From: Haplodiscus bocki
Taxonomy: Eukaryota
Length of the DNA: 64,000 nt
Assembly: GCA_965655095.1 (NCBI GenBank)
Contig: OZ296648.1
Coordinates: 189,906,001 to 189,970,000 of the forward strand
Reading direction: 5' to 3'
Position numbers and translations under genes: made by a program
Notes under the pieces: model-generated
What the model was told of the DNA's origin: nothing
Database searches by the model: none
The model's input: the letters and a program-made list of their open reading frames with translations, nothing else
Shown here: positions 14,791 to 27,222 of the stretch, one piece after another
Numbering within the stretch: position 1 is the first letter of the stretch
Layout of the letters: each line of letters begins with the position of its first letter

Positions 14791-15770
14791 CATATGCATT
14801 TAACCGGGCGGCATTAAATTTGTTCTTTGGGGGCGGTAGATACCGCAGTAAATATCCCAAAAGCTAGAACTCCAGGAAAACTTTTGAAGCAACAAACTGA
14901 GAACGGCCAAAATCGGTCCTGCCCGTAAATCTCAAAAGACTCGTGAAGGATTTTATCCTATATAAAGTTTCTCTCAAAAATTTATTTTTGAAATTGCGAA
15001 AGGGGTATGACGATGTTCAGGATTAGTATTTTCCGCCCATAGTTCAACATAGAACAAAAATAATTATTCACTCGCCACATATGTTCTTTTACGTAAACTT
15101 GTCAAGTGCACGATTCTGGAAAATTTTTTTTCTATGTGAGAGGAAGTCAGAAAAATTCTGCGGAATCCATTTTTTTCTACATTACACTTCTAACGAAATA
15201 TTTGTCATTAATGCATTTTGGCAAAATTGCAAAAAGCTAAATATTAGGGTTTCTCAGGGCAAATTCGTGAAATTTTATTTTTGAAAAATTAAAGTGCATT
15301 TGCTTCGAAACACTTTTCTGGACGCAATTTTCGCTTCTTCCAAAATCTTTCCAATTAGAAATTTCTAATTTCCAAAAAGAATCCATTTTTCCCTCTAAAA
15401 CGCGCCTTTAACAAAGTTAGGAAAAAAAGATCCGTGTGGTAGCGGTAGTTAGGCGTCTTGTTTTAATTCGTCTTTAACGCATTTTGACACAAAATTGCGA
15501 AACGGAATTTTTTTTTGTAGATTTCAAGGCATTGCGAAATGCCAAAGTTTTGAAACTTGCAAGATCAAATTGCCTGTGTATTATTTTTGTTCGTATTCAT
15601 TCACACTTCTAATTGGCGATAATTACTATGATGAGCTATGATTGTCAAAGATTTTATAAACGCTGCTAATTACCACTAATTAGAGGTATTTAAAATTTTG
15701 GGCCGAATTTGTTTTTGGTCCGAATCTGTCTCTGGTCCGAATTTGGCATTTGGTCCGAATTGTCGCATCA

Positions 15771-15949
15771 CCAAAATTTTGACGGAAATTCGTTATCATT
15801 TCCATCTTCTGCCTCTTTTGTCTTTTTATTATGAATATATAGGCTCAGAAAAGTTTATCGGCTTCGTTTTTCAACCAATTGTTTTACTAACTCTGCACTA
15901 CACAAGCAGAATTGTTGTTTTTAATCCAATGGTGATCTTAAATAAAAGC
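15771..15949 (+). repeat. ~180-bp direct repeat, copy 2 (preceded by four GG(T/G)CCGAAT units at ~15700-15762)
   Basis: Direct match to 14612-14790. Confidence 0.9.
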
Positions 15950-18383
15950 TATATACACTGGAACTTTTGAGAAAATTATCCTATCTCTGTTGCTAAGAAT
16001 GTTAGGTGGGAATTCTTTGAAAATTTTAGAGTCAAGAGTCAGTAGACAGCATAACAGGGACACCTTGTTTCATTTCCTCGAAATCAAAAGGTTCCTTGCA
16101 GGATGAGATTTTTTTGTTGGGTCTTGTTCGACCTATCTTTTTGAGTTATTAACGAAAGGAAACTAATTCAGTTGACAACTTCAGCACTTTCTACAATTTT
16201 ACTTCGAATTGCTATCCTTTGATATCAAGTTATGTAGCTCTGTTATCAAACACTAACAACGTTGGTTCAGTACTGGATCTGTTTGTGAATTAGGATAATT
16301 TCTTTTTTTTTGAACAGGAGCTATAATAGAACATGTCAAGTCAGTTATTTTAACGCTTACATCTGGGTATCAAATTCTAAATTGGAAATAACAATAATTG
16401 TCATCGAAGACAGATAATTAATTAGATTTACATAGAAACTCTGTGGGCAAGAAGATCAACATCAAAGCAGATACGAAAACAGCGGGTCAGGTTAAGATTT
16501 CTGAAGTGGTCACTTAGATTTTCTCATTCTCCATTGAGATCTAGTTGCAGTCCCATAACGTCTTAGACTTAACGAAGTTTCAGCTCTCGAACATTTCCAC
16601 AAGGCTCAATGTCTGCCTCAGTTCTACCTCGGCTCCCCCTAAACCAATTTTAGTACTTTTTTATACCTACACTTATGTTATCTGTATCGTTATCCTGTAT
16701 AAAATTATATTTGGTTGGGAGGTGACGAAAAAATGCCCTGTGAGAAGAATTCAAGAATTTTACGGGTTTACGGTTCCGAAGGAAAATAATAAAGTCCTGA
16801 TTCATAAATATTTAGAAGACAAAGTAGTGAACTTTAAAACGTGTAGAGAGAGCTATGAATTCCCAGTTGTTAGTATTCGGAGAACGTGGATCAGATAAAA
16901 TAAGTTTCTTTGAAGATTAATTTGAGCTACCTAATTTTTCAAACAACAGTGTGAGTGGACTATTGATTCAGTTTATGAAGCTTGTTTTTCTGGATGTACT
17001 CCGGGATATTCAGTTGGAAATTTTTGACGAATACACAGGAATGTACTGGATCATGCTGGTAACAAAGTTTTGAAGGGATGGGTAGACAGACACGATTTCA
17101 CAGAAGTTTCACAGAAGTCAGACACGAGGATATTCATTTGATGTATAATGCCCATGATGCAGAAGATATCCTGCTGAAAGCTAGAGAGAATACAAAAAAT
17201 AAGTATCGAGCTCTAGAAAATAGTGGTGAAATCTTCACTAAAACAATTGAGACATACTTTTTTCGTGATGTAGTATTTTCAAAACTAAGCATCTTTCACT
17301 ATAAACGACTCAATGAATGCGGGGTGGCTTTGTGACATCTTGCATGCAACATAATCTGGATGTATGAGCAGGATTCCTGTAAAAAGTATGACAAGAGCCG
17401 CCCCAGCAGCCTCGTTAGGTTCCCGAAAAGTATTTTCGCCCCACATAATTCTAAACTATGACTCGTTGGTTAAGAACGTCTCAGATATGGATGGATTAGA
17501 CATTTCTCCTGCAATCAGAACTTTGGAGGAGAATACATCTATAGGTTTCTAAAATTCTTACTCGAAAAAGAAAGTAACGAGAGTGTAGTCAAAAAATCAG
17601 ATCAAGATGCTTTTTATTTTGTCAACCGCTGCTTGTAAAAGGAATATTGATGACTAAGTTCCTTCACATAAATTTTCAAAGCAGAAAATATGGGTTGAAG
17701 GAAACTTTGTTGAATATGGCATGCGACATTTTTACGATGATAACTAAAATTACTGAGAGCAGATATTTCGGTTCAAATTACCGACAAAATTATATCAACC
17801 TTTTTTAGACTTTTCCAGTGTTTGAAAATCTCCGCCATCTCCTTGCTTTTGTCCATCGAGTTATCACTGAAATGTTTCTAATACAGTCTGATAGAGAGTG
17901 GATCCAAGAAAAAAGTCGTGAAGGTGCTCTTAAATGTATTTACAGAGTTGTGAAGATAAATAAATATCCAGAAAGATTGACCAGTAATGACGAAAACAAG
18001 TAAACAGATTGAAAAAGTGAACGAAAATAGAATTTCAATACAAAAAACTAAGTAGAATAGTAGTAAGAGAGACACATCTTTGTAGGGTAGAATATTGAGA
18101 TGAGTTTAAAAGAAAAGTGAGCAAAGTGATGAATTAAGATGGACGTATAATTAATATTTATTACGTAATGATAAAAATAAAAAGATGTGGTAGAGCCCCT
18201 CAGACTGTAGAGCGTCCACTGAAGTCTGTTATGAAACTCACATTTTACTCACCAGTTTCTTCAAACTTGACCGAAGAATATGTTGACCAGGGCGTCTTCC
18301 ACTGAACGGATCGTTAAATGAATAAGGGTTTATAGAAACCTCTGATTTTCAAGTTTTCATTACTTCAATGCCTCAAAGACAAA

Positions 18384-18900
18384 CCCGGGTTGACGTCTCA
18401 GAGACATTCAGCGCTGATCAGCTCTGATTCAGAATACTTTCAGGTCTGTTTCAGCGCTGTTCATTACCTGAAAATCTCTGAACAGCGCTGATTCAGCTCT
18501 GAACAGCGCTGAAAACGCAAATTTTCAGAGCTAAAAATCAGCGCTGAAACGGCGCTGATTTTCTCTGAAACAGAGCTGATTCAGAGCTGAACAGCGCTGA
18601 TTTTCTCTGAAACAGAGCTGATTTTCTCTGAAACAGCGCTGAAACACCAAATCTTCAGAGCAAAAAATCAGCGCTGAATCAGAGTTGTTTCAGCGCTGAT
18701 TTTCTCTGAAACAGAGCTGAACAGCGCTGATTTTCTCTGAAACAGCGCTGAAAAACCAAAATTTCGGAGCAAAAAAATCAGCTCTGAATCAGTGCTGTTT
18801 CAGCTCTGATTTTCCCTGAAACAGAGCTGATAACCACTGAAGCCTTCTGAAACAGCTCTTATCATTCCTGATTTTCCCCTGAGACAACGCTGAACATCCC
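18384..18900. repeat. Left TIR plus subterminal palindromic CAGCGCTG/CAGAGCTG repeats
   Basis: Many copies of (T/A)CAGCGCTGA and GAAACAGAGCTGA. Confidence 0.9.
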
Positions 18901-18934
18901 TGAAATCTGTCTTCCATTTCATGTCCTCACCGGA

Positions 18935-19575
18935 CTTTTGCAATTTTTCTCCAGGGAAACTTAGATATTACGCTTTCTGGATAATTATATCTTATTGCTT
19001 CTCGGCAAATACTAGATCTTTCATTTTTCGCGAAAATTCTGCAGGAAAGCTCAAGTCTTACGGTTTCTGGGAATTGCAATCTCATTATTTTTCCGCAAAA
19101 ACTAGATCTTATCCTCTTTTCGCAGATTTTCTCCAGGAAACCCCAGATCTTGAGATCTCTGGAAAATTAGATTTTAGTCTTTTTCCGCAAATTTCTGCAG
19201 GAAAGCTTAGATCTTACGCTTTCTGGAAATTTAGATAATATTCCGTTATGCCAAAATTAGATCTTTCTTTTTCCGCTAATTTTCTCCAGCAAACCTCTGA
19301 TCTTAAGCCCTCTGGAAATTTAGATTTGAGTCTTTTTTCGCAAATTTCTGCCGGAAATCTTACATTTTACGCTTTCTGGAAAATAGATCATTCATTTTTT
19401 TTGCAAATTTCTGCAGGTAACCTTCCATTTTATATGCTTTCAGGAAAATTATTGCCTATTCCTCGGCAAAACCTTGATCTCATTCATTTTTCGTGAGTTG
19501 CTGCAGGAAAGTTTAGATCTCACACTTTCTGGAATTTCAGATCTCATTCTTCTTCGGCAAAAACTAGATCTTTCT
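18935..19575. repeat. Second-tier subterminal array (CAAATTTCTGCAGGAAAG...TTAGATCT units), left
   Basis: Degenerate ~60/90-bp units rich in AGATCT. Confidence 0.85.
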
Positions 19576-19726
19576 AAAAACAGAAGAAAAAACATTTTTT
19601 ACAAAAAAAACGATAAAAAAGCATCATTATTAAAAATAGTCTTTTCTCAAGTCTTTCTGTCAAAAAAACTTCAGACACACTGACCGAAGGTGACCAAAGG
19701 CACTTCTCAAGTTCTGTAGGGGGAAT

Positions 19727-20187
19727 TCTTTGAGACTTGGAGGCTGTTTTCATGATGCATGTAGCATTGGGATACTTTTTGATTTCCTCCACGAACGTGT
19801 GATACTCAGTTGGAAGCTCAAACGTGGGGGGATAAAAGTCCTATTTGGCAGCTTCCAATTTGCCAAATTCTCTTTCGAGTTGCTTGCGGAAACGCTTGAA
19901 GTTTTTTACCATGAGGTTTTTGCGAGTAAGTTCGTAGTGGTTCCGATAATGACATATTCTGGCATGCTCGTCCATGTAACAGTCATCGAACACCTTTCTC
20001 ATCCACCCGACATCGCACCAATAGACATCCCAATCGGCGCCTTCTTCGGTGACGTGGGTCCCACTTTGAGTACATCCATGATGGTGTTAGTCAATCCACA
20101 TCTGAACCTGATATTGCGATCATAATTATTTCTCCTGTTGCTCCCTCGTCCACAGGGACCAATATTCGACACCTTGTTCTTGTTCAT
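19727..20187 (-). pseudogene. TTLL9: Captured intronless 5' fragment of tubulin polyglutamylase TTLL9
   Basis: Minus strand reads [17 protein letters not shown] [frameshift] [110 protein letters not shown]. This closely tracks the TTLL9 N-terminus ([34 protein letters not shown]). One frameshift, one stop, truncated. Confidence 0.9.
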
Positions 20188-20534
20188 GCTTCCTCTCAGC
20201 TCATATTTGGGGTCAACCAGGTTGAATTGAGATTTTAGTTCAATTTACAGCCTATTTATATTTATATAGAATTAATTATGATTCTGTAATACTTGGGGAG
20301 TTTTGACTAACTGTGAAATCGAGAACTAATTTTCACGACCAGATTCGGCACTTGTTATCTAATTATTAAGTTTATCACAACAATTAGGCTTTCGACAACC
20401 AGCGTATCCAAAACGTGACTCTGAACAAAAAACACGCATTGTTCCACGTAGAGAGATCTCAGGAAGTTCTCAAAACAACTTTTTTAGTTACAACCAAAGA
20501 AGAAAGCAGAGCAGAGCTCAAAAAGACATTTTCG

Positions 20535-22740
20535 GAACGTACTCAACGTCGTTTAGGAAAGTTTGTGTTTTGCTCAAAAAACAAAAGCTGTTTTTATAAG
20601 TATTCGATATCGCAAGACACCTCAAACGCAGGAGGTAAAGAGCCAAAGTATCAAACGTAGCCTTCGAAAGTTAGCGCAGGTAAAACCTTACACTGCAGTC
20701 GAACATAAATAGGTATTATTCCACGAAACGTTTGAAACTTACTCAACGTCGTCTTGGAAAGTTTGTGTTTTGCTCAAAAAACAGAAGTTGTTTTCATAAG
20801 TTTTCGATATCGCAAGGCACCTCAAACGCAGAAGGTAAAGAGCCAAAGTATCAAACGTAGCCTTCGAAAGTTAGCGCAGGTAAAACCATACACTGCAGTC
20901 GAACATAAATAGGTATTAATCCACGAAACGTTTGAAACTTACTCAACGTCGTCTTGGAAAGTGTGTGTTTTGCTCAAAAACAAAAGCTGTTTTTATATGT
21001 TTTCGATATAGCAAATTACCTCAAACTCAGGAGGTAAAGAGCCAAAGTACCAAACGTAGCCTTCGAAAGCTAGCGCAGGTAAAACCTTACACTGCAGTCG
21101 AACAAAAATAAGTAATATTCCAAGAAACGTTTGAAGCAAACTCAACGTCCTCCTGGAAAGTTTGTGTTATGGTAAAAAAACAAAAGCTGTTTTCAAAAGT
21201 ATTCGATATCGCAAGACACCTCAAACGCAGGAGGTAAAGAGCCAAAGAACAAAACGTAGCCTTCGAAAACTAGCGCAGGTAAAACCGTACACTGCAGTCA
21301 AACAAAAACAGGTATTATTCCACGAAATGTTTGAAACATACGCAACGTCGTCTTGGAAAGTTTGTGTTTTGCTCAAAAACAAGCTGCTTTTAGAAGTATT
21401 CGGTAGTGCAAGACATCTCAAACGCAGGAGGTAAAGAGCCAAAGTACCAAACGCAGCCTTCGAAAACTAGCGCAAGTAAAACCTTACACTACAGTCAAAC
21501 AAAAATAGGTATTATTCCACGAAACGTTTGAAACATACTCAACGTCGTCTTGGAAAGTTTGTGTTTTGCTCAAAAATCAAGCTGTTTTTATAAGTATTCG
21601 GTAGTGCAAGACATCTCAAACGCAGGAGGTAAAGAGCCAAAGTACCAAACGCAGCCTTCGAAAACTAGTGCAAGTAAAACCTTACATTGCAGTCGAACAA
21701 AAATCGGTTTTATTCCACGAATCGTTTTAAACATACTCAACATCGTCTTGGAAAGTTTGTGTTTTGCTCAAAAACCAAAAGCTGTTTTTATAAGTATTCG
21801 ATATCGTAAGACACCTCAAACGCAGGAGGTAAGGAGCCAAGGTACCAAACGTAGCCTTCGAAAAATAGCGCAGGTTAAACCTTACACTGCAGTCGAACAA
21901 AAATAGGTATTATTCCACGAATCGTTCGAAACATACTCAACGTCGTCTTGGAAGGTTTGTGTTCTGCTCAAAAAACAAAAGCTGTTTTTTTTAATTATTC
22001 GATATCGCAAGACACCTCAAACGCAGAAAGTAAAGAGCCAAAGTACCAAACGTAGCCTGCGAAAGCTAGCGCAGGTAAAACCTTACACTGCAGTCGAACA
22101 AAAATAGGTAATGTTCCATGAAACGTTTGAAGCAAACTCAACGTCGTCCTGGAAAGTTTGTGTTATGGTAAAAAAACAAAAGCTGTTTTCATAAGTATTC
22201 GATATCGCAAGACACCTCAAACGCAGGAGGTAAAGAGCCAAAGTACAAAACGTAGCCTTCGAAAACTAGCGCAGGTAAAACCGTACACTGCAGTCAAACA
22301 AAAATAGGTATTATTCCACGAAACGTTTGAAACATACGCAACGTCGTCTTGGAAAGTTTGTGTTTTGCTCAAAAACAAGCTGTTTTTATAAGTATTCGAT
22401 ATTGCAAGACATATCAAACGCAGGAGGTAAAGAGCCAAAGTACCAAACGTAGCCTTCGAAAACTAGCGCAGGTTAAACCTTACACTGCAGTCGAACACAA
22501 TTAGGTAATATTCCACGAAACGTTTGGAACATTCTCAACGTCGTCTTGGAATGTTTGTGTTGTGCTCAAAAAACCGAAGCTGTTTTTATAAGTATTCGAT
22601 ATCGCAAGACACCTCAAACGCAGGAGGTAAAGAGCCAAAGTACTAAACATAGCCTTCGAAAACTAGCGCAGGTTAAACCTTACACTGCAGTCGAACAAAA
22701 ATAGGTATTATTTCACGAAACGTTTGAAACGTACTCAACC
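20535..22740. repeat. ~200-bp tandem satellite, ~11 copies, inside the transposon
   Basis: Unit anchor ACTCAACGTCG at 20541, 20741, 20941 and onward to ~22733; high identity between units. Confidence 0.97.
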
Positions 22741-23299
22741 GAAATCTAGCTCAGTCTTCAAGAGTTGAATCAAAAACACTCGCACCGAGTACCAAGGGTG
22801 CTAAGACAAACGCAGCTTTCGAAAATGTTTTCTGTCCATGCCACAAACGCTGCAAAAAAAACGTCGACGTGGGAGCACTCTCGTTTCACTCAAAGCCCGA
22901 AAAAAGAGCTAGACCAGTAAGGACATCGTCAATTTACTCCTTCTACCCAAAGCTTTGAAAATGACTTGTCTAGTCCATGAAATGTCTCAATAGGCTTCGT
23001 TTTGTCGGTCTGAACAGAGAATTGAGAACAATGAATTCGTGAAAGACAAAACTGAATTAGGTCGACGAAGTTTCATATCGCAAACTTTTATTAAAACGTT
23101 AAAAATTCTCCGGGAAATATTAACGGCAGTTTCGCACCAAAACTTAGCAAGAACAAAAACATTTTTGCACCATAGAAACATTGATGATGAACTGAACATG
23201 TTAGTTTATTTGATCCTTCTATCAGGAGTATTTCGAATTTTTGCAACCTGACCAAAATCAATCAAGCACAAACTAGATATGTTGATTAATATTAGTTCC

Positions 23300-25632
23300 A
23301 AGTGAAGATAAGACATTGAAGCGATTTGAGCGCACATCAGCCTTCCATTTTGTCACCATAAGGGTTGACAACGCTAGATAATTGGCCTAAGAAGTTCATT
23401 TATGGTCAACAAAAGTTAGGACTTTGCCGAACCACGTTTCTGTACTGGTTTGAATGCAAAAAATTTTGACTATTTTCTGCATAGGTACGAGAGCTGTTTC
23501 GCACGTTTCAGAAGCAGCAAAATACAAACTCATTCACTCTTCCGGACCTTCGATATATTTGAAAGTTTTGAACAACCTGAGGAAAGCATACTTTTCCTCG
23601 CAGTCGAGTATACCAAGAAATTACAAAAAATTTGCCACAAATCCAATTTCCATTCTTTTCCACAAGGAGATTACCATTAAGGGCCTTGGTATTCCGACGG
23701 TAGCACGCTGAATCGGAGTACAGGCTTCCAATTCGAACTCTAGAATTTATATCAGCGTTTTTGTAAACGATTCGCGCCGCCTGAACAAACTCAGTTTCCA
23801 AAACATCTTGCTTGAAAGTGCGATTACCACTAACTTCAGCTGATTGTCCAGACCACGCCGTAACACTCTGGGAAATCGAATCATCTTCTATGTCTACCTC
23901 GAGAAGTGCTTGGTTTTCGAGGTAGCCTCGGCATATAACTTCGGTCTGACGCACTGTCCCCGTAAACAATTGTACAGGAAGTCGATTTGCAGATTCGAAA
24001 CACATTGCTGAAGACAAAAAAAACGGGGCCAAAATTTTTGACATAGTGACTCAAATGACGCAAACAGTGTAAATTTATTGTCTCACATTTCTCTGTTCCG
24101 AAAATAGCTACAGCCTCTCGGCAGAAACTATCTAAATGTATTTCAGCTACTAGTATGTCACTCTCAGTTGATGTTTCCAAAAGAAGCCTGACTCCAAACA
24201 CTAATTTCAAGTAATGGTGATATGTAGCTGCCGGAATGCGTCCTCGCAAAAGGATCACACCAACGTAAAAAAGGTAATTGACAAACTCTTTCGCTTTGAA
24301 ATCTTTCCGTTCTGCTACAGATCGCACGTTCCGCCCATGATCGATTAGTTCACAGGGAAGACTTAAACTAGCGGTTTCAGTAATGAAGGTCTCAGTTTCT
24401 TTTCTTTCCTCCATCAATTTTACATGCAGCTTGAGAAGGGCCTGGTAAACACCAATCAAGACGCAATGCATGTAATCAATACAAGCCGACAGCGGAAGAC
24501 CAGGCACCAATTCTGAGAAAGCACTTCGACCTTTCACACCAACGACATTGATTGAAGGTTGCCCGTTCGACTTCAGTTTTTCGGCCATATTCACGCATTG
24601 CCTATGGAAAACAGACTCGCGAACTTTGAAATCTTGGGAATAAGGGTTATAACAATGGTGTCCGTCAATAGTCGCACCCGGAGCAATGCAATAACAACAG
24701 CCGAAAAAACCGTTTTGTTGATACATTGAGAGACAATGTGACTTTGCAATCAAATCAAATATAATCATTATCACTCTCGATCGAATTGCGACCACATGGC
24801 CATTTTCATCTAGAAATCTATGTCGTTGCAATATTTCTTCGTGGATGTGAACCAAGAACTGCTCGAAGAATGGTTTTTTGCATCCAACGAACAAAGAAGC
24901 CAGCACGATATTTTTCCGAGACATTCACAAACGCTGCGGTAATTGAGCTATGCAAAACCAAATTGGCCAGAGACTTTTCTTTAATGAGGACTTGATGAAG
25001 GTGACTCCATCTGTGAAGAGCACAAGATCAATTGCAATTTCATCAAGTTCCTTAGAAAACGACAGTTTCTCTCGAGGAATATCATTCACATGGTTGTTTG
25101 CTCTACGCTCAGCATTGTAGTTTGTTATACTATTGAAGTTCCGTTTGACTACTGTTTGAATGAGATTTGAAATTTTCAAAAAACAGAATCTACAATTGGT
25201 TGTCTCAAATGCTGCTGCCGTGAGTTCAGCCAGCCTTTTCTTCGAAGAAGTTACCGCAGCAAAAGGGGACCGCAAATTGATACCAGGTGGGAGAAAACAA
25301 TGTAGCATTGTATAAAGTTCCTTCATTGCGACGTCGCTCAGTTTGAAACGGGAACAGAAACTTCTGACCATCAAAGAAGCGTTGCTCTGTCCAATAGAAG
25401 CGTTCGGATACAACAATTCTGACACCGGTTGACGCTCCCTATTGTCATCCGTAAAAGTAGCAGACTTTGATGGATAGCACTCAGGAAATGAAGATATTTC
25501 ATGTGAGTTGAACTCCATTTGGAGTGGTGCCTTCTTTCTGGGCGATGACGCCCAAACGTTATTTATAGTGCATGCAAAAGGAATGCTTTCGAAGTGCCCA
25601 GAATCAGTTTCTGAGTGACCACCAGGTGATTC
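23300..25632 (-). pseudogene. CACTA/EnSpm Tnp2-family transposase (disrupted)
   Basis: ORFs 24925..25518, 23881..24924 and 23508..24044 join across a TGA (probably CGA) and a frameshift at ~24020. Motifs LFTDG..KSS...SLWPI, FDLIAK, NGFFGCCYC, GVKG, IDYMH, KAKE, INLH.L.HL...V.NFGP and S.M.FES.N are typical of EnSpm transposases. 3' end approximate. Confidence 0.9.
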
Positions 25633-26307
25633 CTTTAAACAAAGAAATTGCTTCTCGAAATGTTCACAAAATAGTCAAAAGGACTCAAATTTCCAAAAAA
25701 TGCAAATCGCATCTTTTTTTCTCTCAAATGAAGCAGTCTGAAAACAAGACTTTTTCAAAAACAATTCAGAAGTCGCCACGTGCAAAAAAATTATGCCACC
25801 ACCTAAGAACCAATTTCTAACACAGAGACGAAGCTGGGCTTCTCAATACTTGCACCAGTGGAATATAAATGAACAAATCGAACACGTGAATTTGATTTTT
25901 TTAGAGACCACGCATGTTTCTGATTAAACTCACTTGAGTTGTAATTAAATATTTAGAAACAAGTGTAACAATTACGAACGGCTATAACCGTCACTTCCGT
26001 TGATAGTTTAGAGCAAGCGTTGATGCTGGTTAATAAAATACGGAACAGGGTTTCGCAGCTGCGCGAGAGCTCAAGAACAATTTTTTTCGACCCCTCGAGA
26101 GCACATGAAAAAATTGTCCGAAAAAAATTGAGTGAATAAACAGTATTCAGGCAATATCAGACTGTGAGTACATATGCGAGTTGTGAACGGCTCGGGGAAA
26201 AGCAAACGAAGGTTGCGATATAAAATTTGCTTGCGCAAATTCAATTAGTAGCGCAAAGCCATACAGACAAGCTCCTCACGTTCTCAATACCTACACTAGT
26301 CCAATCA

Positions 26308-27222
26308 TCAGAACTTTCCGTTTTTGTCGAGAAGTCCAGCGAAATTTGTTCCAGAAAAACATTCGACCTTAAGCAATTCCTGGGTTGAGTCAAGTGTCAG
26401 GTCATTTGGCGAGGGAAAACCAATTAACGCTACTGGCGCCGAAGCAGGATCTTGGATTGGTTCCAGCGGTATCAAAGCATCCAGAGTCATTGGGTTAAGC
26501 AGTCGCTGTTCATACTCCGGGATCTTAGCAACTTTAGACTTTCGCCTCGGAAAAGAAGAAAGTAAATGATTATTGCATTTCTGGATGACCTCCTTCGGAT
26601 TGCCTACGGACAATGAATCGACAGCAGAGGACGGTAACGGAAAATCGGCAGCTCTGCGTCGAGAATTGCATGTTGAGCAAAAACATTCGTTTACGTCAAA
26701 AAACTCGTCGCCGTACTTGACCAACAACTCATCTCCTTTTCCAATTTTGTTGATAGTTTCAATTTGAACAACTTTGTCCATCCTGTCAAAATTGTAACGA
26801 GAATTTGGCTCGCAATCCGAATTAAGAAAGCAAACAGATCCCAGCATCAAATGGGGACCTTTTTGATTCGATGTTAGATGTTCTGTAGACAGACTTGGAA
26901 CAGAATCCGGTACGGGAGCCAAGTAACCAAGAGGTCCATTCCTGAGGATGGTTCTCGGCTGTATCACAACTTCGCTAGTGTACGTCAATTCATAGCCACC
27001 AAACTTATCATGACGTATCTGGTAATCCTTCAACCTGGAATATGACTCTTTCACTGTTTCGTAACAATTTCTCAACTCTGGATTCATTCTCGTTTGGGTT
27101 TGTAAAATTCTGGAGGATTGCAAACGTACAACAGTTTGCGCTTCACCCCCTCCGTATTCGACGAGTTCTTTGACCAGTTGTCCATCACACTGGGCAAGGG
27201 TCATCCAACGGAAAAACGACAT
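26308..27222 (-). CDS. SET-domain protein, SUV4-20/Set9 (H4K20 methyltransferase)-like
   Basis: HLMLGSVCFLNSDCEPNS...INKIGKGDELLVKYGDEFFDVNECFCSTC parallels SUV4-20 LWLGPAAFINHDCRPN...RDIEPGEEISCYYGDGFFG..CECYTC. ATG (MSFFRW) at 27222; the frame is open from 27324. Confidence 0.8.
   Translation of the reverse strand: MSFFRWMTLAQCDGQLVKELVEYGGGEAQTVVRLQSSRILQTQTRMNPELRNCYETVKESYSRLKDYQIRHDKFGGYELTYTSEVVIQPRTILRNGPLGYLAPVPDSVPSLSTEHLTSNQKGPHLMLGSVCFLNSDCEPNSRYNFDRMDKVVQIETINKIGKGDELLVKYGDEFFDVNECFCSTCNSRRRAADFPLPSSAVDSLSVGNPKEVIQKCNNHLLSSFPRRKSKVAKIPEYEQRLLNPMTLDALIPLEPIQDPASAPVALIGFPSPNDLTLDSTQELLKVECFSGTNFAGLLDKNGKF

Noticed and set aside
11900-18300. Possible older viral or transposon relics
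   Set aside because: Only faint, unalignable hints; ORFs are short and lack motifs.
19730-20125. 131-aa plus-strand ORF
   Set aside because: Antisense shadow of the TTLL9 fragment.
20415-22438. ORFs in the 200-bp array, and the array as a CRISPR
   Set aside because: Repeat-derived frames; units are wholly repeated with no unique spacers and there are no cas genes.
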